This document shows, one piece after another, positions 34,901 to 47,333 of a stretch of 64,000 nucleotides of DNA. A model generated the notes under the pieces. The model was not told where the DNA came from, made no database searches, and saw only the letters and a list, made by a program, of their open reading frames with translations. Position 1 is the first letter of the stretch; the number at the start of each line of letters is the position of its first letter. The DNA comes from Mayamaea pseudoterrestris. Lineage: Eukaryota. The DNA is taken from the NCBI GenBank assembly GCA_027923505.1, contig BROI01000006.1, positions 558,001 through 622,000 of the forward strand. The letters run 5' to 3'. The translations under genes and the position numbers were made by a program.

Positions 34901-35289
34901 TTGCAGAGTACTTACATCGCGAAATTCGAATGAAACTGTGGGGCTACGCCCCCAACGAGCAGTTGAACGAGGTTGATTTGTTAAAGATTAAGTACGACGG
35001 CATTCGCCCTGCTCCTGGATACCCGTCTCAGCCTGATCATACCGAGAAACTTACAATGTGGCAGGTACTGCAAGCGGAAGAGCTGGCTGGGATAAAGTTG
35101 TCCGAGTCTCTTAGCATGGTTCCTGCCGCGTCGGTTTCTGCGCTTGTTTTTGCTCATCCAGATTCGGAGTATTTTGCTGTAGGCCAGATTGGTAAGGACC
35201 AAGTAGAAAGCTACGCTGCACGCAAGGGAATGCCGCTTGACCAATGTGAAAGGTGGCTGTCGCCAATTCTAAACTACGAAAGAGATTAA
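28918..35289 (+). CDS. METH: Cobalamin-dependent methionine synthase with tandemly duplicated homocysteine- and folate-binding modules (2123 aa)
   Basis: [29 protein letters not shown] and SNLSFGFRG each occur twice. [13 protein letters not shown] cap, DVHDIGKN B12 motif and RPAPGYP reactivation domain occur once. Confidence 0.97.
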   Translation: MSSPPPKPKKLHPRLLFDYDKVPPKPQFEPPLPTSDAAINHVPNPYKNSSLVHEKIQAIRERSTISGNRRDEIDWNQQESLATDNHPAAFPYFVRGRDSVRSYLNELFQKQIVIYDGAMGTMIQNYSKRNKLEEEEYRGDRFADWTCAVKGNNDMLSISQPQIISNIYRGYLEEAGSNLIGTNTFSSTTIAMADYAMEAYAYELNYEGARLAREACDAVTAMDPTKPRFVVGAIGPTNRTGSISPSVEDPAARNVTFDELVETYFEQVVGLVDGGSDILMVETIFDTLNAKAALYAIGEFLEMSGLDIPVFVSGTLVDQSGRTLSGQTGEAFYVSIRHARPFCVGLNCALGASHMKPFVERLSKAAECYVHVYSNAGLPNAMGGYDDTPATMAEQNKVFFENGWLNMVGGCCGSTPPHIKAIADVAKEFAPRKLPDLGRPKMWLSGLEDLKVEDSHNHLGLPFLNVGERCNIAGSIKFKKLMMAGDYGAAMDIAKQQVEDGANVIDINVDDGMLDGLAAMQKFVKIAVTEPEIAKVPFMLDASKFEIVLAGLKWCQGKCIVNSISLKVGEELFIEHATLLKKHGAAVVVMAFDEEGQAATEEEKVRICKRSYDILVDRVKFPPEDIIFDPNVLTIGTGMEEHANYGVDFLRATKRIKEVCPYVKISGGISNLSFGFRGVTKVRESIHAVFLHHAILEYGMDVGIVNAKEMLGIEDLQNDMLTLCENLVFNKTPAATDDMLERTEYERAVMDAKKKGHPPPRKPRGTVTNLPRLTFPYDEKAPTPQFEPPTPTSDAAINHWPNPYMNSSLVHEKIQAIRHRSTMTGERRQQIDWAQAGDSAPATFPYFVRGRDSVRTYLNELFKRQIVIYDGAMGTMIQNYAKRNKLEEEEYRGERFKDWSCNVKGNNDMLSISQPQIISAIYRGYLKEAGSNLIGTNTFSSTTIAMADYKMEAFAYELNYEGARLAREACDAVTAMDPTKPRFVVGAIGPTNRTGSISPSVEDPAARNVTFDELVETYFEEVVGLVDGGSDILMVETIFDTLNAKAALYAIGEFLEMSGLDIPVFISGTLVDQSGRTLSGQTGEAFYVSVRHAKPFCVGLNCALGASHMKPFVERLSKAAECYVHVYSNAGLPNAMGGYDDTPATMAEQNKVFFENSWLNMVGGCCGSTPPHIKAIAEEARNFAPRKLPHLGRPKMWLSGLEDLKVEDTHNHLGLPFLNVGERCNIAGSIKFKKLMMAGDYGAAMDIAKQQVEDGANVIDINVDDGMLDGLAAMQKFVKIAVTEPEIAKVPFMLDASKFEIVLAGLKWCQGKCIVNSISLKVGEALFIEHATLLKKHGAAVVVMAFDEEGQAATEEEKVRICKRSYDILVDKVKFPPEDIIFDPNVLTIGTGMEEHSNYGVDFLKATKRIKEVCPYVKISGGISNLSFGFRGVTKIRESIHAVFLHHAILEYGMDVGIVNAKEMLALDEVEPELLEASENLIFNKNPEATDVMLELTKKEKEAMEALKKGGGAPKEAKSAWRELEPKKRLEHSLINGISEYIDADVEEARQLCSRPLEVIEGPLMDGMNIVGDLFGSGKMFLPQVIKSARVMKKAVAYLLPFMDKEKRDNLIAQGLDPDSVDENDDSNFNGKVLMATVKGDVHDIGKNIVAVVLGCNNYKVFDIGVMCSTELILEKAREYDVDVIGLSGLITPSLDEMVVVAKELSKRGFKQPLLIGGATTSKMHTAVKISPNYSTAEHPVIHVLDASRSVTVVSSLLNENKRDFVEDLKEEYNELREDYYAGLEDRYFLTHEKAMEQKMPIDFTARPPAPSPNQIGVTVIDSVSLVDIVPFIDWNPFFQTWELRGRYPNRGYPKIFNDESVGSEAKKLFNDAQALLNKIIADGSMNVKGVVGLFPANSSNGGEDVDVFASEAEREAGNKLATFCMLRQQAEKESSDPYLSQADFVAPPGIKDYLGMFAVSCFGCEALVNKFESENDDYNKIMSQALADRFVEAFAEYLHREIRMKLWGYAPNEQLNEVDLLKIKYDGIRPAPGYPSQPDHTEKLTMWQVLQAEELAGIKLSESLSMVPAASVSALVFAHPDSEYFAVGQIGKDQVESYAARKGMPLDQCERWLSPILNYERD
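28966..33400 (+). repeat. Intragenic tandem duplication: unit 1 ~28966-31140, unit 2 ~31240-33400, offset about 2262 nt
   Basis: Matching motifs are offset by 2262 nt (IVIYDG at 29251 and 31513; GGCC at 30142 and 32404). Protein near-identical, many third-position differences. Confidence 0.95.
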
Positions 35290-35377
35290 GTTGGTAATCA
35301 CAACTAATACGTCTATCGCATGCTACGTATCTAGCCTGTCTTTGTAGCGAGACTATGTAGTATTTACGGAAGCAAAA

Positions 35378-37698
35378 TTAAGGTTCCAATTTCTTTCTCG
35401 CCGGCCGTCGCTGCGAGAAGAGGTCATACTGATCCGATGTGACAGCATGCTGGAGTAAAGTTTTTCGCTCCACGTGAAAGTCTCCTTTGACAATTGCAAA
35501 GGTATTGTCGCGAAGATCCAAAGGTATTGCTGAGTCCCACAGAGCACGGACAAAACCGGGGTTTGCGTTGTGTACTGTTCCGTCGTCTGAGTGCGCGTCA
35601 AGTGTATTGTCGATAGCTTCTGTCTCGTCCTCGTCGTACCCACCTTCATCGCCGCTGTTCTCTTCATCGTCGATTTCATCTGCTCCTTCCTCTTCCTCAG
35701 TAATAGGATCAGGTCGCACCACCGCATCATCTTCTTCAAACGAATCAAGCGGACTTTCGTCGCTTTCTAGACTTGAGTTACGAGAGTGCTTACTAGAAGC
35801 CTTGAGTGCCGCAGCTGCGGCCCCATGGTTAAAGACGGAACCGAGTGTTTCCCATGTTTCCAAGCTGCCGTCCGCCGAGTCAAGCGTCGCCATTTCAACC
35901 TCGTAGCGTTCCGTCGAACACTTGCTTGCGTCGTCCTTCCAAAATCGACCACCACGCCCAACGCGTCGAGTATGCCACTTCATGGGCATTTGATTGAGCG
36001 ACCTCGTGCGCGCTTCGACCGCCTGTGGCGAATAATCGCTGTGCGGGAACACATAAATGTGCACCACAGCCGCCACAAACATTTCAATGCAAATCATGTA
36101 GTCCTGAATGCCCTTGGCAACATCTTCCGCCGACAAGTTGTACTGCTCGCCAACGGTGTAGCTCGGCATCATTCCTGCCTGGTATAGCATACTAATGGCG
36201 ACACTTTGCCACCATGTGAAAAAGACCAGCGCCTTGACAGAAAGGAACTTCCCAACCGGATTAATCGCGCTCAGCTCGTTGTGCGTCGCATAGTAGAAGA
36301 TAATCAAGCAGTACAGCGCCCAGCATTGACTGAGATTTGTGAATATACAGATATACAGATACGCTCCCTTCCACGAAAAATCTCCTTCCTTGTACAAGCC
36401 GCGCCATTCCAGTAGTAGCACCAGCACCGAGCACAGAATTTTGAGCAAAACATACTGCAAAACACCAAACTTGCACTTTATGAAAAAGGGCGACTTCCAA
36501 TGAATCTGCTTCAGCGCCCGCCGGCGTCCCGACTCGTCGTCGTGCTCGTACACGGTCCTTCGCACCGGCTGACCCATGAGCCACGGCTTGACGCACCACT
36601 GAAGTCCCCACATGTGGGCACCTCGCGTCGGGCTCTTGTCCTTGAGCATTAGCACGAGCGCTTCCTCGCCGCCAAGTACTTGAATGAGGAACTGCAAAAA
36701 CGAGTAGAGAACATAGGATTCGTAAAAATCGCGGAGCGTTTCAATGTAAATTGCTTTATTGTGAAACCTCATGGCAAGCCAACTTTCAACCGAATATATG
36801 GGTACCATGAAGAGGATCCTAACAACATAGACTTGAACGTGCGGTTGATTATAGTTTGCCAGCTGCAATATAAAGAGATGTGAAACGTTGGTGGAGGTGA
36901 GTTGAAACCCGCGACGATGCAATCAACTCGAGGTGAGGTTCGCTCGTCCTCTCTGCAAGCCTTCAGCATCTTCTATCAGGACAGACGCAATTACTACAAT
37001 CGCAATCAAATTCACGTACATGCCCGACAATGCCCCACATGCTAATGGGAAAACCCATGAGTACAAAGGCGCCAGCCGAAAACCACGCGATTAAATGAGG
37101 GTCAGTGCTGCGAATGCAAGAGGCACGAACATGTGAGACGTAAGAGCGAAGCAAATTCAACTTCCTAAACTTGTTCGGCTCGCAAAAGTAGACAAGACTC
37201 AAATTCTACGAATCTGATAGTCATCAAAAGTCGCGTTCGTCATTCAGTTACATACCCATGATTGAACAACTCGTACGAGTACCAAACAACGGCAGCCGCC
37301 AGACTGACAAAGGTACTCCACAGCAGCATTTTGGCCATGCAGTTCATGCACGAAAGGGTCGACTTGGATCGACAGCAGGCGCATGGCAGGCGCTGCGGCT
37401 TGACTTGGACCGAGTGCTGGTTGTGACGCTTGCGGCGTCGCTTTTCCGTCGTTTTGCGAGAGCGAAAGAGTGATTGCTTATTGTGAGTCGGGTTTTCGAC
37501 TAGTGCAGACGTAGATGAAGATGAGGGAGGTCCTAGCAGAGGCTGCAGTATTTGTTCGCTCGCAGTTTGGTCAATTTCGTCGTCTTCCTGGGGGTTCCGG
37601 CTGCTGTTGGCGCTGTCAGTCGTAGCAGCGATGGCGATATTTGCTTCGGAAGGCAGTCCAGCAGCCATCAAATCCTCCTCATTCATGGCCTGAAGCAT
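35378..37698 (-). CDS. TMEM184 / organic solute transporter alpha family protein; 3 exons, introns 37108-37255 and 36863-37019
   Basis: VVRILFMVPIYS, LRDFYESYVLYSF, KFGVLQY, KFLSVKALVFFTWWQ, QDYMICIEM; GT-AG introns keep the frame. Confidence 0.9.
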
Positions 37699-38755
37699 GA
37701 TGCAAGTCTCTTCCGATGATTATAGGTTGTAAATATGTGAATGAATGGACTTCTGGTCATCAATGAAACATGCACAGTCACCGCATCGTTCGTCGAGGAG
37801 CGGTTCTGCATCCAATCGCGCATGAAACGAAAAAATGTGTCGCACCAATTCTCAGTGACGCAGATGTACAATTTTTATTATTGCCCAGCGCTCCTTGGGA
37901 GGTTGGGCAATCAATACGTAGTTTGTCACGAAACAACATGTACTGTATGAAGGAAATGATCCTGCTATAGTGAGAGTGTTAGGATTGTGATGGATTTTAA
38001 CTGAGTTATGCTAAGCAGCTTCAAAGGGGTGTCTGCCATTTAGCTAGGGCAACAAACACAACAAGTGCGCCGCCGGAATCAGTTCAACGGACTCGAAAGC
38101 TGACTGGCGCGCTGAAATTGAGCGAGAACTTGAGTACCGAAGCGATAAGCTAAAAAATTCGTCGCCCTTTCGACTCCTCGTCCGCCTCCAATGCGGCGCG
38201 GCAAAACGAGACGCACGACAAAGGAACCAAGTTGATCCTGGAGCGTGACAAGAAACGAAAGAACAATTTGAATTGCGTTTTTGTCTGTCACGCTATTGCG
38301 AAACAATACTGCTGCTCGCTCGAGCCCTCATTGACGACGACAACGGCCGCCCCTCTATCATCTGCACCGCCGCTTCCCTTGTGACACCCTCTCGCCTCGT
38401 TCCACCATTCCTTGGCTCGCAGCGAAATTAGCGTACAGCGAGAACTAGTCAAGAAAAAGTAGCAGGTACGTGACAGAAGCGTCTGCAATACAATCAGAAT
38501 TACTAAATAGTGATGCTGCTGTCCAAGGAATAATCGTTGCAATGCTTTGCGATTGATTTTTCGTGTCAATGGTTTCGTCCATGGTCCGTTGATGCAGCAG
38601 CAGGCAGCGAGGCATTCATGGTTTCGCTCGCTGTCAGCTTTTTGCAGTTAAATGACGACAAGTTTGACATTTTCGATGCCTTGCAATTTATTCTTACAAT
38701 CTCGCTCACCGTTTTGCCCTAAATATACTAATTAGGTATCACCAAAAAAGACAGC

Positions 38756-41467
38756 ATGTTGACGACGCTTGCTTCACTGAGTGATGTTTGCACTCCGGCA
38801 CGAGCCGAAACTAGCGATTCCAATGCAAAATCATCGGACGCTCCATTTACTTCCAATGGAGCTCTTTGCAATACTGTTACTCCGTCGGAACCCAAGGATG
38901 CTGCAATAGACGAAGAGCAGCAGCCACGAATTGCAGCATCGACCCTTGCAACAAATAATGCAGCTTCTGCTGAAGACGACGGAACTACCTCCGCTGCTAC
39001 ATTGACAAGTTCAAATACTACTACAGTAACTTCTAGCAAGGATACTGCTTCATCGTCTGCCTCCAAACGAGGCCTCGTTTCGCGACGAGGAAGGGGATTG
39101 GGAAATCCTGGCCAGCGAGGCCGCTGCAGTCGTTCCGCCGACTATGATTTGCAGACTGAAAATGTTTTTGAAACGCCAATGCTTCAGCGAAGCTCGGTGA
39201 CATTTTCACCGGAGCGGGATTACGAGGAAGATGGAGGAGCATCATTGGATTTGCAGCATGAGGTGTGTTGTGGCTGACTAGAAGGCTTGTGTTTCGTTGC
39301 ACGGGAGATGCTCACCATTTACATTCGCTTGTATTTGCAGTCTATGGATCCCATTAACGCTGGATCGGTCCTCAACAGTCAAAGTCCAAATCCAGAAGCA
39401 TTTTTGGGGGGTCCGACAACGCCATGCCGGAACAAGGACGCCGCAAAGAAACACGACTTCAAGTTGTCGCCTCCTGCTCGGCAAGGTGAGCTTGACTTTT
39501 ACGCTTCCACTCCGACTGATTTTGCGCTAGACTATGGGAAGCACTATCCTACTTCGTTCGACACATCCAATGTCCTTGCTTGGCTTAACTCCCCAAATCC
39601 AAATCAATTGTTTTCGCCTGGTGGAGGCTTGTCCTCCATGATGAATTCACCTCGATTTGCTCCTCGAACACCCCGAACACCGACCATTAGCATGTCATTT
39701 TTCTTCTCGGACGTGGCGGGTTTACCCAAGAACAAGGACAGTGGCGTCAAAGAGGGAAATGGCGGCAGAGATCATATTATTTGCATTTCTCCCTTGGCGT
39801 CAAAGACGAACGCGGTGGCAAGTCCCATGAATCTTAAGGATGTGTTTAACTCGCCACCTCGACCCTGCAACGCTTCATTACCAATGTTAGCAGACGATAC
39901 TCCCATGGCCAAGCCGCATATCGGAGTCATGGCAAGCGACAATGATAAACTGCTTCAAAGTGGACGGAAATCTCTAGAGCAAGTCGAACGCGATCTCATG
40001 GAGGATGAAGATTTGAGTGTGCTGCTACAACTGGCGGCGAATACTGCGGCAGCTGCCACCAAGTCATCCTCAAGTCCAAGTCGGCCTCACGACGGAGCTT
40101 CAGTCTTTCGAACGCAATCAGAAAAGTCAACTGACATGCCAAATTTGCACCTTCCCATGATTCTTGGAAACGGCAAGACAAGCGACAATGTCGAAGCTCC
40201 TCCTAAAATTCTTCGAAAAAAGTCGAGCTCGCGAGACGACGATGATCATCATCGCCATTCAGGCTTGACGCCTCCGACGCTGGGCATGCGATCCATGTCA
40301 TCGTCGGGAGGAGTGCATCCAAACGAGTTTTTCGGCGGCGGTGACAGCAGCGGATCAGTCGAGAATGGCGGTGCAGGTAATATGAAGCTTAATACAACGT
40401 CCACACTGGACGGAGCAAAGAAAGAAGACAATTTAAGCAAGCTTGCCAGCCTCTCAGCCGCAGCAGCTGCGGCCACAACTCAGTCATCAAATTATGCTAA
40501 TGCAAGTCCGTACCCGCTCACCTTGAGCATGTTGAATGGACACGACGTTGGCCACTACTACAATGTGAATTCTGGATCGCAAGGAGCACATCCAAGCACA
40601 ATGTCTCCTAGTGGCATACCTCCTGGTGCCGCAACGGGGACTCTACGTATGGTTGTTGGCGGACCGCCACCTCCAAATTCACAGCCTGATGTTCATGGTT
40701 CCATGATGGGCGCGGGTAATAGTTCAGCTACCAACAAGACTCAATCGCTTTACCATGGTGACTATACGAATGGATTGCCAACGTCGTCCTACCATCATCC
40801 TGGAATGTATCCGCATCCCCATTTTGGACCGCCTCCCATTGGCTATCCATACCCACCTCCAGGGCATTTTCCTGTTCCTAGTCGTGCCGGAGCACCCGCA
40901 CCGTTGGCGCCACAGTCCCACATGCCCTTGTTTAGCTCTCCGCTAGCTTTGGAGAAGAAGAAGGGCCAAAAGAACAAGACACCAAGGTCTGCTGCTGGAG
41001 CCAAGCGACCGTCGCCGCCAACGCCACACCTTGACGAATCTGGCCAATTTTGTAGTCCCGACAAGAAGTCTAAAAAGTCTCGCGGCGGCGGCGATAATGG
41101 CAGCGCCAAGCGAAAGAAGAATCGCTCGCCGCAGGTTGCCGATATGCAAAAGTGCGCCGAAACGATACTGGCCGTCAATGCCGCGAGCGGTGGCAAGCAT
41201 GACAAGGAGGCGGAACTGGCTGCCGCCATCATGCGGGGCGTTACCATGCGACCATCGGGCAAGTGGCAAGCCCAGCTATACTATTCTGGAAAGTCGCGCT
41301 ACATTGGGGTGTTTGATTCGCGAGAAAAGGCTGCTCTTGCCTATGAAATTGCTCGCGAAAAGCTCAAGGCGGCTGGCAACAAGCGGGATCCCGAGTCGAC
41401 GGAATTGCTGGTCAACCAGGCCCGAAAGGCTGCCTTTGATGGAGTCAATGAGCAGCTACCGGCATAA
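38756..41467 (+). CDS. AP2/ERF-domain transcription factor; intron 39263-39340, 5' end uncertain
   Basis: C-terminal RGVTMRPSGKWQAQLYYSGKSRYIGVFDSREKAALAYE; in-frame intron joins ORFs 38756 and 39287. An acceptor-like TAG at ~38735 suggests a possible further upstream exon. Confidence 0.85.
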
Positions 41468-41887
41468 AATTGCGGAAGGAACACTTTTGGGGGTTGGACT
41501 TCCGATGTAAAGTAACATGATAGATCACGCGTCACAATCTGCTCCCGCCTCATGTGTGTAGGCTTGTCTTTGCATATAGACCACTTCTATATTCGCAATA
41601 GCTACTTCTTGCTTGGACAATCAACTGATTCTTACTCGTAGTTAGCTTCCTTGTATATATTATATGTTCTGTCCATGGCATGATAGCTGGAAGGATGTCG
41701 ACATGGCGTGACTGAGATGACGTACTCGCAGAAGGTTCGGCCTCCTTGGTTCGAAAGAAAAAAGTGAGCGACACCTCTTGTCATTCTTCGTCCTCCCTCT
41801 TGTGAATGGCCGATTGGAACATTAGGGCGAGAGGTGCTGGCATTTCTTAAGCTGCGCTCATTGATTCTGCTATCAACGTATTAGATA

Positions 41888-42904
41888 ATGAGGTTCTTGC
41901 TGCATCCCGTCAATGTCAAGTCGCGCGTCAATGCGAGTGCTGGTCGTCAAGCACTGACAGCAGTTGTCAACCATCAAGGAGGCAGTAGTGCAAGGGCCTC
42001 ATTGCCAGCACCCTCACCAACATCGATACCTCCTCCTACACTAAAACCAAACGCATGGGGCCAGCAGTGCAGTCCCAACTGCGGCTGCGTGCTGCGCTTC
42101 GAAGCCACCACTTGCTCCGCCACGAATCAAATTATGAATGCTTCCTACACGGCCAAGCGAGTGCTGACGGACGCGCACGGTTGCGTGCAGCTCACCAATC
42201 GCACCAAACGCCCCATGATGACCGATTGCAACTGCGATTCGCTTCACTACTTGGCGCATGCCGTCGTGCAAGAGTTTCTACTGAATTCTACTGCTTCGAA
42301 GAAAGTGACATGGCAATATATCAAGTCGCAACTCGAGTTTGACGCGACGCGATCGTCACCAGCATTTGCCAAGAGTGTCTTGTATGCGCAAAATCTGCCC
42401 TTGACATCGACTGGATGTTTCGATTTGGTGGAGGAAGCGCTGACCGGCATGCTCAAGGGCTACTTGCCAAAGCAGCGACGAATTTCACAAAATGATGTGT
42501 CGAGGATCATGTCTGCTGAGGATGATGACGACGAAGCAGCTCAATTCAAACCTGCCAATTCACATGCTACATTGCCAGAATCTACTACGCAACAAGATTA
42601 TGACTTTACCATGTTGACTCATCACAGTTACCAGCAGCAGCAACACGATTCAGCGGACAATTTTCCCTTTGCCTTTTGGAAGGACGAGGACAAGCCGACG
42701 GAAAGACAAACCATGCTCGAATATGTCGATGAGCAGCAGGCAAAGATGGTTGCCGCTGCCAAAGGCAGGAATGGATTGGGCAAGCAGCAGCATGTGCCGA
42801 AGGATTGGGTCGACTATGTCGATTGGCTGCAACAACAGGAAGGAGGAGAATATGGGACACGAGAAGGCTCGGGGATGGTCAATCAGCAGCAGCAGTCAGC
42901 GTAG
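41888..42904 (+). CDS. Hypothetical protein with a divergent IscU/NifU-N/SufU-like domain
   Basis: PNCGCVLRF...QIMNASYTA...CNC...LP..TGCFDLVEEAL..MLKGY parallels IscU PACGDVMKL...IIEDARFKT.GC...LPPVKIHCSILAEDAIKAAIADY (alignment by eye). Confidence 0.55.
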   Translation: MRFLLHPVNVKSRVNASAGRQALTAVVNHQGGSSARASLPAPSPTSIPPPTLKPNAWGQQCSPNCGCVLRFEATTCSATNQIMNASYTAKRVLTDAHGCVQLTNRTKRPMMTDCNCDSLHYLAHAVVQEFLLNSTASKKVTWQYIKSQLEFDATRSSPAFAKSVLYAQNLPLTSTGCFDLVEEALTGMLKGYLPKQRRISQNDVSRIMSAEDDDDEAAQFKPANSHATLPESTTQQDYDFTMLTHHSYQQQQHDSADNFPFAFWKDEDKPTERQTMLEYVDEQQAKMVAAAKGRNGLGKQQHVPKDWVDYVDWLQQQEGGEYGTREGSGMVNQQQQSA

Positions 42905-43248
42905 CGGGAAGATGAGTGCTATGAATGTATATAATGTAGAGTAGTTCAGTTTATCAGGAATTATGCGAGTTGTGCTATTTGTAGAGCAGCGCTGAACGAG
43001 GAGATGGTTCGTGTGTGCGCATTGTCCAGCGCTAGGAGCGGATGGGCAAATCCACGCAAGCGGATTTTGACAATGCAACTATTTAACATACAGTATCCAT
43101 TTACAAATGAATATATAAGGCTTGACTAATTAAATTCTGTAACAGGAGAGAGTCACCGACTGATTTCAAATTTCGAAATCATAAGAGCAGCTTTAGCCAT
43201 TCGAACCAACGGCAATACCATATCAGTAACACCAATCAATCTCTTATC

Positions 43249-44148
43249 TTAATGCGCCAACTTTTTCTTAATCTGCGCAATCGCCTTGGCCGGATTCAAA
43301 TGCTTGGGACAAACCTTGGTACAGTTCATAATCGTATGACAGCGATACAACTTGAACGCATCATCCACATTCGCCAGTCGCTTTTCCGTGGCAACGTCAC
43401 GCGAATCCTGAATCCATCGATACGCCTGCAGCAGCACGGCCGGTCCCAAGTACTTGTCGGCGCTCCACCAGTAGGACGGACACGCCGTGCTGCAGCAGGC
43501 ACATAGAATGCACTCGTACATGCCATCGAGCTTGGCGCGGTCTTCGCGCGACTGCAAGTACTCGGCCTGGCCTGGCTCCTTGGGCGGCGCCTGCAGCCAC
43601 GGCTCAATGGAACGATACTGCTCGTAAAAGTTGCTCATGTCGGGCACCAAGTCCTTGACGACATACATGTGCGGGAGTGGATAAATCTTGCTCGCTTTGG
43701 AAGTATCTTGCTGAATGTAGCTCAAGCAGGCCAGTGTGTTTGTTCCGTCAATGTTCATGGCGCAGCTGCCGCAAATGCCTTCGCGACAGCTGCGGCGAAA
43801 GGTTAATGTAGGGTCTTGCTCGTTTTTGATTTTGATGAGAGCATCCAACACCATGACGCCGCAATCGTTCAAATCAACTGGATAGGTGGAAAGGTAGGGA
43901 GCCTGCGAATGCTCGGGATCCCAGCGATAGACTTTGAAATACTTGATGCGCTCCTGCTTTGGCGGAGACGTTGATTCAACCTTGGTGGAAAAGAGGCGAG
44001 GAGCATGGCTTCGCGTCAAGAACTGCGAGGAAGGACGAGAGCGAAAATGGCCGATGAGAAAAATCATCCTCCGGCAGTAAATAAAACTCAATCGCATTCA
44101 TGTTCTTACCGTCGCTACGTTTGTCCGAGACAGCTTAGTTGCAAGCAT
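43249..44148 (-). CDS. SDH2: Succinate dehydrogenase iron-sulfur subunit, mitochondrial; 2 exons, intron 44023-44109
   Basis: [29 protein letters not shown] and [14 protein letters not shown]; exon 1 [13 protein letters not shown] starts at 44148. Confidence 0.97.
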
Positions 44149-44737
44149 TGTAAGCTGAGTTTAAGAAAGCGTATGGAGTAAAGACAGTGTATCGTAATTT
44201 GGTTTTGTTTTTCAACAGAAGATGGTCATGGTGGCGAGGCAACTGATTCACTCGGATGGACGAGAAGCCAGCGATCTTGGAGGTTCGTCGTAGGATCCGT
44301 ACGGGGTTCCACGTAGGAATTGCGTTCGGATCTTGCGCCAAGTCACTGTACCAAAGAGTGTAGGCTTTTCAATCACGAGTTTGTTTGGTCGTGTAAGAAA
44401 TGTCGTAGCGTTATTGAAGCAGGCTTGACGGAGGGACGAACAAGTCAACCGACAACATCACTTGGACCATGATGGAAGCTTTATGCGAGGCTTGTTTCAG
44501 ACTTGCAATGTACAGAATCATGACCAGGAATCACTAGAGAAAGAAACTAGGATTCAAGGCGACAATCATTTCTCTTTTGGTAGCTTTTGCGTACAGGACA
44601 CGTTTCTGGCTACAACCTTGGTTGACTTGCTGTCAATAACTCGGACAGTCAAATTGTTCGATCGAGATATCGATCAACTCAGGTTATACACACGGTCAAC
44701 GGTCCCAATACAGTTGAGTCCTACTGGCGAGTGGAAA

Positions 44738-46379
44738 ATGCAGCAGCAACTCAGCATGAATGGCGGAAGCATGACGAATCCAGAGCATCAGCCTTTGATC
44801 ATTGAGAATGTAGAGATTCTAGAGCGAGATAAAAGGTAAGCTTCATGCAATGTCTGAAAGGATTCCGAGTGATGGCTTTCATTTGATTCATCACATATCT
44901 TTTTGTTTCATGTGTGTCAGAATCGAACAGAACCGGCTCGGAAACGACCATTTCCGGAGTGACTCGTCGAGCGAGGCATTTCTTGGCACTGCGCGAAACT
45001 CGCCATCGGATGCACCTGCTGTGGCGCATTCACAACCTCCACCTCGAACGACTGCAATCAATTATGGTACACACAACAATTTGCAGGTGTATTCTCCGCA
45101 ACAAACGAGGAGCGACGCTCTCAGCCGAGCTAACAGTTATCAACCTTCTCGGCTCGCCAATGGTATTTCAACATTTCAGAGTCAGCATGCTCCTCCACCG
45201 TATCCTCATACGTCTCGGTCATCCAAGCGCGCCAGATCCATTGTATCTGAACCTGCCTTACCGATAGCGCAGCCGGTCACTCAGGAACGAGTGTCGATTC
45301 TCTCAATGGATGATATCGAGCAAGCGTTCCAGGTTGCACTGAACGATCAGCAACCCGATTATCACCAAACAGATTCTTCTCCTCAGTGGTCTTCGGCTGA
45401 AGGTACGGGAAGAGGTGATGTTTACATGCATCCTTTGAAGCGCGATGCGCCGTTGCGGCAAAATCGAAACTATGGATCGATACCGGCAGCGCCCGTGAAT
45501 GCTGCTACCAAACGACCACCCTCGCCAAACGCCCGACCGCCGTCGCCCCATCGTGGTCTAGCGGCGTTGAGCATTCCAAAGGATCATGGAAGGACACGGT
45601 CGGGCAGTCCGGCTAGGCAAGTAAATAAAAGTAGGAGCTACACGGAAACGTCACCGCAGCAGTTGCAACGGAAACAACTTGACGTTGTTCTCGCGCAACG
45701 TCGCCGCTCACTGGATGCCGGTACGGGCAACAAAAGCCCAATCAAGCAATTCCAGCACCAGCAGACGCGACAAGTTCTCTTGTCGTCGCCGTCGCAGCAT
45801 GGTCCGCAACACCGGCGACACGCCTCGTTACAGTCCAGTCATGGCGACAGCGTTAGATCCGATGTTTCTCTCATGTCGTACAGGTCCGACATTCGAAAGT
45901 CTACATACTTTGACGAATTTGATTCACAGACAGGCAAGGCAAAGCTCAACTATCCAAATTCCCACGTGCACTTGGTAATGGACGAAAGTCGCTCCTTGGT
46001 CTACGGCCACGTTTACGCCGTGCCAGTGCATTCAAGTGTATACGACGAATATTACGCAGCCCTGCAAGATCAGGAAGATGGTAGCCTTGGTTTTGATTTC
46101 GACGTTGGTAATCTAAACTATTGCGGATGCGATTGCCCCAACTGCGCCACTTGTCGCGGCAAGACTGCGCTGCCACCGCGATTCTACGCCATTTCCGTGC
46201 GAAACGACTTGTATCGGCACGTCGTGGACGAAATATCTCTATCCAGATCCATGCCTTGTGGCTTGTTCTTCTGTGGCTATCATGAAGATGTCAGTCGGCC
46301 TTCCATTTTGATTGCTGTTGTGGTAATTGGTTTGTTGCTCGTGGGCATGGTTGTTGCCGCGTATCTGGTAGCTGACTAG
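44738..46379 (+). CDS. Hypothetical protein with a Cys cluster and C-terminal TM helix; intron 44836-44920
   Basis: In-frame GTAAG..CAG intron; CGCDCPNCATC and PCGLFFCG..ED motifs; C-terminal hydrophobic anchor. Confidence 0.7.
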
Positions 46380-46659
46380 TGACGGGTGCTTGATCACTAT
46401 AGCACTGCACATATTGTTCATAAGCTTCGTAAATAATGATACGCTAATAATACTATAGTCAGTTTCCCATGTGCAAAACGGCGCTTCATGTCCAAACGAC
46501 GTCGGTCCGCGACCAGAATTAGCCAATCATATCGCGTAACAAGTGTGACTGCCGAAATCGGATCCGTTTCCGACGGCGCAGTTTTACTTCTCATCGTAGC
46601 TGATATCTATCTTAAACATTGTTCATGTATGTCTTGTTGACTGTCGTTGATCTCACGGG

Positions 46660-47191
46660 ATGAAAAAGAAGAACAGCGACTTTGTGCTTCCTCGACAAAA
46701 CCGGCGGGAAAGAATCGCTCAGCATGTCTACAACAGCGGTCCATGGAGCGAGGAAGAGCGACTATTTTTATTGAAAGGCCTTCGAAGACATGGAATTGGG
46801 AGATGGAAAGAGATTGGAACACTCGTGACGACTCGGTGAGTCACTATACGAAACAGTTAGAGCGGTGAATGGTATCTGGGAATGGCTCATATTTCTCACA
46901 TCGAGCACATACGCATTCAGGGATGCTACGCAAATCAAAAGTTACGCACAAAAACTTGTCCAGAAGATGCGACTTGGGGTAAATATATTCGCCGAGTTGG
47001 AGGATGCTGAAAAGCGAGGGACAGATCCACCAACTCCACCCAATGCGCCATACAGGCTGCGGAACGGAACGCCAGCAACATTTTCGCAGCAAGATGACTT
47101 CGCAACTACCAACACAACACAGATTGACGATGCTGACGATACAATATCGGCAGCCACAGCACTCTGTCATTTCAAACTAACTACGCGATGA
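46660..47191 (+). CDS. Single-repeat Myb (SHAQKYF-class) transcription factor; 2 exons, intron 46836-46920
   Basis: Spliced product reads SGPWSEEERLFLLKGLRRHGIGRWKEIGTLVTTR|DATQIKSYAQKL; GTGAGT..CAG intron; 148 aa. Confidence 0.85.
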
Positions 47192-47333
47192 GCCGGCCTA
47201 AAGCCGTCAACGAAACAACATCGTTTTCACAGCAATCACAATGGACGGACTGATCCGCCAATCTTTCCTTTAAAAGAGTAACAATATAGATAGCGCAAGC
47301 TAATTGATAGTATCATGATTCTTTTTTAAGTCT

